Shown here one piece after another: positions 38,301-50,300 of a stretch of DNA of 64,000 nucleotides. The DNA comes from Mobula hypostoma. Taxonomy: Eukaryota. The stretch spans positions 181,538,001-181,602,000 of the forward strand of contig NC_086097.1 of the NCBI RefSeq assembly GCF_963921235.1, in the 5' to 3' direction. The notes beneath the pieces are model-generated. The model worked only from the letters and a program-made list of their open reading frames with translations. It did no database searches and had not been told where the DNA came from. Every line of letters begins with the position of its first letter. The stretch's first letter is position 1. The position numbers were made by a program, and so were the translations under genes.

Positions 38301-41300
38301 AAAGGCCTTCTGAAAATCCAAGTACACTACATCTACTGCATCTCCTTTGTCTACCCTGCTTGTAATTTCCTCAAAAAAAAAAATTGCAGTCGGTTTGTCA
38401 GGAAGGATTTTCCTTTCAGGAAACCATGCTGGCTTTGGCCTATCTTCTCATGTGCCTCCAGGTACTCCATAATCTCATGCCTAATAATTGATTCCAACAA
38501 CTTCCAACCACTAATGTCAGACTAACAGATCTATAGTTTTCTTTCTGCTACCTCCCACCCTTCTTAAATAGCGGAGTAACATTTGCAATTTTCCATTCAT
38601 CCGGTACAATGCCAGAATCTATTGATTCTTGAAAGGTCATTGTTAATGCCTCCGCAATCTCTCCAGCTACTTCCTTTAGAACCCGAGGGTGCATTCCATC
38701 AGGTCCAGGAGATATATCCACCATTAAGCTTCCTGAGCACCTTCTCAGTTGCAATTTTCACTGCACATACTTCGCTTTCCTGATGCTCTTGAATGTCCGG
38801 TATACTGCAGATGTCTTCCACTATGAAGACTGATGCAAAGTATTCATTCAGTTCCTCTGCCATCTCTGCATCTCTCATAACAATATCTCCAGCGTCATTT
38901 TCTATTGGTCCTATATCTACTCTTAACTCTCTTTTACCCTTTATATACTTAAAAAATATTTTAGTATCTTCTTTGATACTAATTGCCAGCTTCCTTTTAT
39001 AATTCATCTTTTCCTTCCTAATGACCTTCTTAGTTTCCTTCTGCAAGTTTTTTAAAGCTTCCCAATCTTCTAACTTCCCACTAGCTTTGGCTTCCTTATA
39101 TGCCCTCTCTTTTACTTTTACTTTGGCTCTGACTTCACTTGTCAGCCACGGTAGTGTCCTTCTTCCATTCAAAAATTTCTTCTTATTTGGAATATATCTG
39201 TCTTGCACTTCCCTCATTTTTCGCAGAAATTCCACCCATTGCTCCTCTGCTGTCCTTCCTGTAGTGTCCCTTTCCAGTTAACTTTGGCCAGTTCCCTTCT
39301 CAGGCCATTGTAATTTCCTTTATTCCACTGAAATACTGACACATTGGAATTTGGTTTCTCCTTCTCAAACTTCAAAGTGAACTCAATAATATTGTGATCA
39401 CTATTCCCTGAGTGTTCCTTAATCTTAAGCTGTTTTATCACTTCTGGATCATTGCACAACACCCAATCCAGCACAGCTGATCCCCTTGTGGGCTCAACAA
39501 CAAGCTGTTCTAAAAAGCCATCCCTTAGACATTCTAAAAATTCTCTCTCTTCACAGAGACTCTACACATTGATCCTATGACATCCCTTTCTAATGATTTA
39601 ATATTATTTCTTCTCCACAGAGCCACACTACCCCCTCTGCCTACTAACCTATCTTTCTGATGCACCATATATCTTTGGACGTTCAGCTCCCAATGGCAGC
39701 CATCCTTTAGCTAGGTTTCAGAGATGGCCACAACTCCATACTTGCCAATCTGTAGCTAAACTTCAAGATCATCAATTTTGTTTCTTGTGCTGTGTGCATT
39801 CAATCCAGTATTTGCTGTTTTCTGTTTTAACTGCACCATGTCTCTATTCCCCTGTAACTCATCCCACTGACTGATAATGCCTGTCTTTTTTATTATCTTT
39901 GTTACATGCTATCTTTGATTTATTTCTGTTTTCCCCTTCCTCAGCCCCATCACTTCAGTTCCCATCCCCCTACCAAATTAGTTTAAACCCTCTTGAACAG
40001 CTCTCTTAAACCTGCCTGCTAGGATATTGGACCCCTTTGGGTTTAGGGGTAACCCGTCCGTTTTGTACATGTTGTACCTCCCACAGAAATGGCCTCAATG
40101 ATACAGGAACCTGAATCCCTGCCCCCTACACCAGTCTCTCAGCCACACATTAATAATGCCTGATCACGCTATTCTTGCACTCGTTAGCACATGGCACAGG
40201 CAGCAATCCTGAGACTGCTACCCTGGAGGTCCTGCTTTTCGGCTTCCTACCCTGCTCCCTGAGTTCTCTCTTCAGAACCTCCTCTCTTTTTCTACCAATG
40301 TCATTGATACCAACGTGTACCCAGACTTCTGGCTGTTCACCCTCTCCCTTCAGAATACTCTGCACCCGATCCGAGACGTCCTGTACCCTGGCACCTGGGA
40401 GGCAACACACCATGCAGGTATTTCTAAACACAAAATATACCTCATGTACCTTATGGGTAGTCTCCAGCCCCTTAGCATGAACATTGAATTCTCCAACTTC
40501 CAGTAATTCCCTCCCCCTCCCTTCCCCCATCCCAGTTTCACTCTGCCCCCTCCTCCAGTTGCCTATCATGGTTCCACCTCCTTCTACTACCAATTGTGTT
40601 TTCCCCTATTCCTTCTTCACCTTTCCTGCCTATCCCCTCCCTGCTTCCTCTCCCCCACCCCTTGATCTTAGCCCCTTATTGATTTTTCACCTGGCACCTA
40701 CCAGCCTTCTCCTTCCCAGCCACCCCCACCACCTTCTTTACAGGGCCCCTGCCCCCTCCCTCCGCAGTCCTGATGAAGGGTCTCAGCCCGAAACATTGAC
40801 TGTTCATTTCCACGGATGCTGCCTGACCTACTGAGTTCCTCTCCAGCATGTTATGCAGGTATTTCTGTCAGGCTGACAGAACCTCTTGTCTGTTCCCTTC
40901 ACTATGGAATCCCCGATGACGACTGTATTCCTCATCTTCTTTTATCCCTTCTGCAGCACGGAACCGGGCTTAGTGCCAGAGACCCAATTGCCATGGTCAT
41001 CCTCTGTCAGGTCACCACCCTCAACAGCATCCAAAATGAGAAAACAGTTACTGAGGGGGATGGCCACAGTGGTGCTCTCTACTATCTGAGCTCTTCCCTT
41101 CCCTTCCCTTCCCTTTCCTGATGGTCACAAAGTTGTTTTTTTGCCAGGAGTTAGGGAATCAAGAACTTGAGTCATAGGTTTAAGGTCAAAGGGGAACGAT
41201 TTGATTTTTGTTTTACACAGAGGCTGATATGCATGTGGAATGGTCTGCTAGAGGAATGGGTTGAGGCAGGTACAATAACAACTTTCAAAAGACAGTTGGA

Positions 41301-44300
41301 CAGGTACATGGATAAGAAAGGTTTAGAAGGTTATGGGCCAAATACTGGCAAATGGGACTAGTTTGGATGGCATCTTGGTTGGTATAGACTGGTTGGCCAA
41401 AGTGCTGTCTCCTTGTTGTATGACTCTAACTCAATGAGTGAGAAATATATTGTATGTTTGAAAGAAGTGTGTAAAAACTTACAAGGCATTGCCTAATCGA
41501 TGTACTGCCATTAGTAATGTATTGAGCTGTATCCAGGTGAATCTGCAGTGGATTCTCTGCAAACCTGTTGTATACTTCCCAGTTGTCTTTGCTGCTATGT
41601 TTGAACTCCAGTTTTCCAAGCTTAGACCAGCAGAACTTCGGGTTTTACTGGTTGAGAATTTTAAAATTAAATCATTGCTAATCAGGACCTCATCCAATAA
41701 AACTCAGCCTCTGTATTTCAACATCAAATGTACTAATTATCCCCCCACGTAGAGATAAAAGGAAAAGCAACAAATCTAAGAAAAATGGGAATAGTGCATG
41801 AACAGGTTGTGAAGCTGGAGCTGTTTATTCTTCCATCAATGAGCCTTATAGCCTCTGCAATTAAATTCTAGCTCTTCACTCCACTGTTGGGGAAATTACA
41901 GGCTCAGATCCTGGCAGGTCAGATTATGAAACTGAACTGAATAATTATCTAAATATATGTGCTGTTATCAGCAAAGATCACCAAGGCAACTGCACCATGG
42001 TCATTAATGACCTTGAAGCTGCTACTGCCTAGTTTGGTTTATGCACTAGTCCGGTCTGGCATTACCCTGGAGGCATTGATGTTGCGTCATGGCCTTGGGT
42101 TTCATTGCGTTGTAACAACGTACAGTGCAAATATTTAACTTGCTGTGAGTAGTGGGGGGAGGGGTGGGGCTGGAAATTTTTGGGGTAAAAGCTAGTTGTG
42201 ACTTACTTTCTGTTCCTCCCTCAGAAGAAGAAACAGTATGAATTGGAGATGCAGAGGTTTCTTGAGGTGAGTAAACTGCTGTGGTACTGCTAACCGTCCC
42301 CATCTGTGCTCTACCTTCTGTGGGAGGCCAGGGAGGACAGTGTAGAGGGAGCTCTATGGAAACACAGATGCTGGAATCTGCAACAACAAGCTGGAGGAAC
42401 TCAGAAGGTCTGGCAGCGGCAATGGGACAATAGACAGTCGCCACTTCAATTGAGATCTTCATCTGGACTGTAAGATTGAGGGGAGATTGCCAGTATAAAG
42501 AAATGAGCAAAAAGAGTAGATCCCTAAAATGCTGGATCTGAACCTGTGGTTTTTGAGTCACTGAAGAGCAGTTAGTGGGCAACTGGAGGCTGATCAGAGA
42601 GGTTACAAAGCTGCCAGTTAATCTTCCTCACCTGGCATCACTGATCCCCTGCCAGCTCTTGCTCCATCCTTCCCCTTCATCTTTCAGTACAGATGAAGCG
42701 TCTTGAACCAAGAAGTCAACTACCTGCTTCTCTCCATGGATGCTACCTGACCTGCTGAGTTCCTCTAGTGTCTTGTGTGTTGCCAGCAGGATCTGTACTC
42801 TGTATCCTTTGTGTTCTCCCTGTGATGGGGAAAGAGAGAAAAGACATTTATGAAACTCTTGGGAGGGTGGGGGTGTCTCTGCTGGATTAAATCCAGGATG
42901 ACCATGGGGATAAGATGTGATCAAAGTTATCTGGCCAACGAGTCAGTGGAGAGCAGTTAGAGAGTGAGAGTATGGACTAAAGAATGTAGGAGTGTGCGAA
43001 ATGCAGAGCAGGAGAAAGAATGATAGTGGAAAATGATCTTTCATAAGGAAGACTGATAGGTTTTTCACTGGTTACAAATGAGAATCCAATTTGGTATGTT
43101 GCCTCCTTGGTGCTCGGGTCAAGGATGTCTTGGAGGACATTCTGAAAGGGTAGGGTGAACAGCCAGTAGTTGTGGTCCGTGTAGATATTAGTGATCTGTG
43201 CAGAGGAAGGGATGAGATCCTGCAACATATGTTTAGAAAGATGGGTCACCACTAAAGGGCAGGATCTCAAAGGTTGTCATCTCTTGGTTGTTTGTGGTAC
43301 CATGAGCCAGTGAGTCAATATATGGAGAATGGTGGGTGCCTGGAACACTTTACCGGGGGAGGTGGTGAAAGAAGCTATGATGGTGACATTTAACAAGAAG
43401 GCTCTTGTACCACCACCCTGATGATAGTAATGAGAAGAGGACATGTCCTGGATGGTGAGGGTCCTTCATGATGAATGGCCATGATGCAGCTGACTGAGTT
43501 TGCAACTCTTTGCAGCTTTTTCTGATCCTGTGCATTGGTGCCTCCATATCAGACAATGATACAATAGTCAGAATGCTCTCTATGGTATATCTGTAGAAGG
43601 TTGCTAGTCTTTGGTGACATATCAAATCTTCTTCAAACTCTTAGTGAGATATAGCTGCTGGCGTGCCTTTTTCATAACTATATCAATATGTTGTGCCATA
43701 GATAGATCTTCAAAGATGTTGACAACCAGGAACTTAAAACTGTTCACCCTTTCCACTACTGAACCTTCAAAGAGAACTGCGATTACCCGATTTCCCCTTC
43801 TTGAAGTCCACCATCAAATCCTTAACACTGAATGCAAGGTTGTTGTTGTTGTGACACCACCTAATGGATCACAGTGTTAATTGTCATGATGGTTGGCATA
43901 AACATCCCACTGTCCTCCTTTGGGTGTGTGTATTTAGGTGTGATTCTAGCACTTCATCTGTTATTTTCTGCTCCCCTCCTCTGCCTAAATCCCTGGACAC
44001 ACCTCCTCTCCGTCCCTTTTGCCACCTGCTGTGAGATTCTGTTGGGAAGTTTACATGAAGAATAAACTATTGCTGTGTTGCTTAGAGCTTGCCAGACGAA
44101 GAACGGGAAAGAGTGCTGTTGGAGGAGAAGATTGGGGGAAACAAAGTCACAAACAATGTTACAGCAAGTGCACAAAATAATGGCTCCCAGCGGCCAAAAC
44201 CCAGCACTCCAAGCTTGCCAGCATCACCAACCAGCAAGGTGAGTCTCCACGTCCAACTCTTCACTTCTGTTTTACCTGGTCTGGCCTGATCTGTAAATTG

Positions 44301-47300
44301 GTTTATTATTGTCATGTGTACCAATGAAGAAAACTTGTCTTGCCTACCATCTATACAGATCATTTCAAGTTTAATTGTCATTCAACCATACACCTGAATA
44401 GAGCCAAACAAAACACTGTTCCTCAATGCATTGAGATAGTACAAGGGAAAAACAATAACAATGCAGAATAAACTGTTACAGAGAAAGTGCTGTGTAAGTG
44501 AACAATAAGGTGCAGGCAGTGACAAAGCAGATCATGAGATAAAGAGTACATCTTATAAGGTTCAATAAACTTGTTCAATATTCTTTATCATTCTATTGTC
44601 CTCGAACTCAATAGCTTTATAACATCAGGATAAAAGTTTGCCTTGACCCTGGTAGTATGTGCTTTAAGGCTTTTGTACTTTCTGCTCAATGGGAGGTGGG
44701 GTCTTTGATAATGTTGACCACAGTTTAACACTAAAGCAGTTGAATCAGTAGTGTTCAAAGTGGTTGGAGTCAGTTGTTTAAGGAGACACCCTCACATCAC
44801 AAAGAGAAAGCTCGAAAATGGCAGGCTGCCAGTGACTCAGGATCCAGAACTGACTACATCCAAAGACAGGCAGAAAGGGAAGTTGCTGAGAAAGGATCTC
44901 ATCCTGGATGTAGAAGGCTTCCTATTCTCTACAGCTCCTGTGTGGAGGCTGGGTGATGATTGAATCCAGATCAACCCATTCTTACTCTTCCCGTATGTAT
45001 CTGTGGACCTGTCCTCCAGTGAGAGGACTGTAACAATGGAGAAGAGAATCTTAGAACAGCACTGAGATCTGAGAGTGAGTTGTCATGCCTCGCCTATCTT
45101 TGTGTTGTTCACTTCTCAGATGTTCTACACCAGAGAAAAAGGCTATTCAACACTCAGATGTGTTGCTGCAAATAGTTAGACAATGCTGTTTGAAAGTAAA
45201 TAAATGTGATGAAGGGTCTCAGACTTGAAATGTGACAGTTTCCCTCTCGATAGACTTCTCACAACCTGTTGAGTGTTTCCAGTATTTTCTGTTTTTATTT
45301 CAAATTTCCACAGTGTGGGCAGTTTATTTTCATCACAACAGTTGTTGATTTAACCTGTAAGCCCTGCTGATGGTTCTCGCCATCTTTTCATTTCCTGAAT
45401 CTCTTTTCTGTTGCAGAGTATCCCTGACCGGCCACTGCAGCCCATTTCTGCCATGTTCCTTTTCTTCCAGGAGAAACGGAAGAAGAACCCCAATCTGACA
45501 GAAAGTGAACTAACCCGCCAGTTGGCCAGGATGTGGAACGAACTATCAGAGAAGAGGAGGGTAGGGCTGGTTAGACTGGGGCTGTTTGAGCAGGGAAGCT
45601 TCAGTGTTTATGTACATGCTGCTTCTCTTTGATTTTGTCCCAGGCAGAGGCAACTCCAAGGTCATTTCTCAGTGAGATTAGAACCATTATTCTTTCAGTG
45701 CCACTGAAGTCGTACAGCTCAGAAAGAAGCCTTTCAGCCTAACTGGTCATTCTGACCAATATCCCATCTAAGCTAGTCCCGTTTGCTTGCATGAAGCCCA
45801 TATCCCTCTAAACACTTCATATGCACATGCCTATCCAAGTACCTTCTAAATCTTGTTAATACATCAATGACTTCTGCTGGCAGCTCATTCCATCCACTGA
45901 CCTTGTAGAGGTGATTTTACACACCTCTAAGATCACCCCTAATTCTCCAGCACTCAAATGAAAAATGTCCCTGTTTAACCTTTCTCCATTTTTTAGTCTC
46001 TCTGATCCACACCACTCAATATAGGGCACATACCTCAAGGTTTGTAACTCAGACAAATAAAGCACATCATATCTTGGCATGCATGATTTATTTGTGGGGG
46101 GAGGCAATGAACGTAAACCATTACAATGCAAGAATAAGTCCCACAAATGGCCCACAATATCTGTGCTAACCCTGAAGTCAATTTAGAATGGCATGTGTGA
46201 GTATCACTTGCAAAGTCAGCATTAATTATCCATCCATGATGATCCTGAATATAGTCTTGCTCAGCTATTCCACAATACTTTTTACAGTCAGCCGCATTGC
46301 TGTATGTTTGGAGTTGCATTATACCGGAGAAGGGTGGCAAATTTTTCTTAAGGACGATGGTCTAGTTGACCATCACAGTGCTGTGCTCACATCCCTCACA
46401 CTGGGTTCAATCCTGACATTGTGTGCTATCTGCATGGTGTATGCAGGTTCTCCCTATCACTGCGTGTATTTTCTCAGGGTGCTCTGGTTTCTTCCCCAAT
46501 GAAAGGTGTGTTGGTGGGTTGTCTCCATTGTGCAGGTCGGTGGTGGAATTTGGAAGAATTGATAGAATATGCGGAGAATTTAAGAAAAAGATGAACATGG
46601 AATGAGTATACGTGAGTGGTTCACACATTCTCAATGGGCTGAAGGGCCTATTTCCATACTGTTCAGAATCAGAATTGGATTTATTGTCACTGGCAAAAGT
46701 TGTGAATTTTGTTGTTTTGTAGCAGCAATACAGTTATAGTGCTCAAAGATCATTCAGAAATCTGATGTTGGAGGGAAGAAGCTGTTCCTAAGACATTGAG
46801 CCTAGGTTTTTAAGCTCCTTTACTTCCTCCTTGATGGTTATATTGAGAAGAGGATATGTCCTGGATGGAGAGAGTCCTTCATGATATATGCCACCTTCTC
46901 AAGGCACCACATTTTGAAGATGTCCTCGCTGGTAAGGAGTCTTGTGCCCTTGATGGAGCTGGCTGAGTTCTCAATCCTTTGAAGCCTCGTATGATCCTGT
47001 ATGTTATCACTTCCATACCAGTCAGTGATGCCACTGGGTACACCTAGAATGCTCTCCTGGGTACATCTGTAGAAATTTGATAGTGTATTTGTTGACATAC
47101 CAAATCTCCTCATACTTCTGATGAAGTATAGCTACTGGTATGCCGTTTTTGTGATTGCATCAATCTGTTGGACCCAGGAACTTGTAACTGCTCACCCATT
47201 CCACCACTGACCCCTCAAAGAAAATTGGTATGTGTTCTCCCAGTTTTCTCTCACTACAAAAGAGAGAAGTTGCTTCAAATATTTCAGGGACTAGAGGTCA

Positions 47301-50300
47301 CATGTTGGATAAAAGATGCAAGACATGGTGGAACATGGTGACTGTCTGCTATTCAAAATGTGGTCAACACAATCAGTGAAAGGTTTTCCAGGGAGATTTG
47401 GCAAGGTGCAGAGTCATAGAGCACAACAGAGAAACAGGCCCTTTGGCCCATCTATTCAAACTTCTATAAATGTTACAACTGAACCTGCATCTACCAATTC
47501 TGCTGGCAGCTTATTCCACGTGATGGGAAGTAATTTCTTGGACTAGAGGGAAAGAGTGGGGGCCGAGGGGGGGGGGAGTGGTGTGTGGACTTCTGCATAA
47601 GGGCTGAACTCTGTCACTTTGACTTGTCCCTTATTCACATCATCCATATTTTAATACACATGGCAGATCCTGTTGTTCTCCTCACCATGCAGTGAGAGCT
47701 CTAGTGTCTAGTCAAGTGGTTCTCAGTGTAACTCACCCACAACAACTTCCCCATGGCCCAGTCCCCGCCCTCCCCTCATTGTGGTCATCTCTTGCTGGAC
47801 ATTTGGGACACCTGATTTCACCCTTGACACCTCCCCATAAAGCCTGCCCCTCTTCTGACATGCTTTGCCTAGTTCTCCTTTTGCCTTGAATCCATGCTAT
47901 CGCTCTTCCCCAGAGGCTGGGCAGAGCGGGAGGGAAATTGATAAATTGGTTTATTATTGTCACACATACAAAGGTACAATGAAAAACTTGTCTTGCATAG
48001 CGTCCATGTACTTCAGTTCATTACACTGTGCATTGAGATGGTACCAGTGAGAACAATATAATAATGCAAAATAAAGTATTACAGTTAACAGAGAAAGTGC
48101 AGGCAGACAATAAAATGTAAGGTCATCACGAGATTATAGATTGTGAGGTCATGAGTCCAATTTAAATTACTGGGAACCATTCAATCATCTTATAATTGCA
48201 GGTTAGAAGTTGTTCTTCAGCCTGGTGGTATATACTGTCAGGCTTTTGTATATTCTGGCCAATGGAAGGGAGAAGAAGAGAAAATGTCCAGTGTGGCTGG
48301 GGTCTTTGATAATGTTGGCTGTTTTACAAAGGCAGTGAGAAGTAGAGACAGAGTTCACGCAGGGAAGGCTGGTTTCTGTGACATGCTGAGCTGTGTCCAC
48401 AACTCTCTGCACCTTGATGTGCTGATCTCGTCCATTCCTGTTTTCCAGGAGAAGTACAAAAGGATGGAAAGGGCCCTGAAAGCAGAACACGAGCAGAAAA
48501 TGCAGAATTTCCTAAAAGAGACGAAGGATGCCGGGGTCTCACGGAAAGCTCCGCTGCCCGAATCCCCCAAGACAGCTGAGGAGTTATGGGGGCAAGCGGT
48601 GCTTAGAGATTACCTCATCAAGTACCAGGCGAGTAGATGGTTCCAGCAAGCCCTGATTATGTCTGATTTCAGGATTGGGAAATCACTAGCACAGGTATAA
48701 AGGTGGTGGTGATCTGCCCATTGAGGATGGTTGTCTCCTCAGTGAAGGTAACCCAACCTGTATTGTATTTATTTAGCACCTTCACATCCCAGAGGTCTAT
48801 CATTCACTGTCGAAGGCTCTACTCACCCATCATTGAGTTGTGTCCAGCTTGAGAGAGATGGGCTTAAGCCTTCTGCTACACTCTCCTGCTGATGATCCAT
48901 TCCTCACACTACTTTATTTCTTTGCTTGATCCACTTCAAGCAACTATTTTCCCTTTTTTTTGTCTTTGATAAGTACTGGAATCTCAAACGTGCAGGAGTG
49001 GTCCAGATGAGGACAGGAGTGAAATGTACAAGAGAGAGGAGGTTTCAGAAATAAATAAATTCAGATTTATTTGTCACAAGTTCATTGAAACATTGTGAAT
49101 TGTATCTTTTTCATTAAGAACCAACACAACAGTCAAGCTGGGGGCTGCCTGCAAGTGTCACCACATGTTCTGGCGCCAACAAAGCACACCCATAATGTTC
49201 ATCAGAACAACACAAACAGCAGCAGCAACAACAAAAGAAGTCAAGAATGGCAAAATAATCTCCTTTTCCACCCTCTCACAAACCTTACACACAGACACAT
49301 ACACACACACCTGGAAGTTTGCTTCCAGGCCTCCAGGCCTTGACCACGGACTCTCAGACTCAGAATATGAAAGCAGATCCCTCAACCTAACTCATCCATG
49401 CCAACCAAGATGCCCATCTAAGCCAGTCCTATTTGCCCATGTTTGTCTCATATCTCTCTAAACCTTTCCTGTCCATGTACCTGTCTGAGTGCCTTTTAAA
49501 TGTCGTTCTTCCTGTCTCAACAACTTCCTCTGGCAGCTTGTTCCATATGGTCACAACCGTCTATGTGAAGAAGTTGCCCCTTGGGTCCATTTTAAGTAGT
49601 TAAGTATTTATCCTCTTATCTTAAACCTTTCTGCTCTAGTTTTTGCTTCCCTATCCCTGGAAAAAATACTATGTGCCTTCACCCTATCTACAGTGCCTAT
49701 TAAAAAGTATGTGCATTGGAAGTTTTCATGTTTTATTGTTTTGCAGTATTGAATTACAGTGGATTTAATTTAACAGAAAATACCCTTTTGTGTTAGAGTG
49801 AAAACAAATTGGTCTAAATTTATTACAATTATTAATTATATTACATAATTACAAAATAATTTATTGCATAATTACTCACCCCCTTCAAGTCAGCATTTAG
49901 TAGATGCACCTTTGGCAGCAATGAGTCTCTGTGGATAGGTCTTCATTAGCTTTGCACATCTAGACACTGCAGTTTTTCCCCATTCTTCTTTACAAAACTG
50001 CTCAAGCTCTTTCAGATTGCATGGGGATCGTAAGTGAACAGCCCTTTTCAAGTCCAGCCACAAATTCTCAATTGGATTGAGTCTGGACTCTGACTTGGCC
50101 ACTCAAGGACATTAACTCTTGCAGACTGTATCAGGTTTTCCTCCAGGATTTCCCTGTGTTTTGCTGCATTCATTTTACCCTCTTTGGAAGCCTCCCAAGG
50201 CCTGATACAGTGAAGCATCCCCACATCATGATGCAGCCACCACCATGTTTCAAGGTAGCGATGGTGTGTTTTTTATGATATGTGGTGTTTGGCTTATGCC

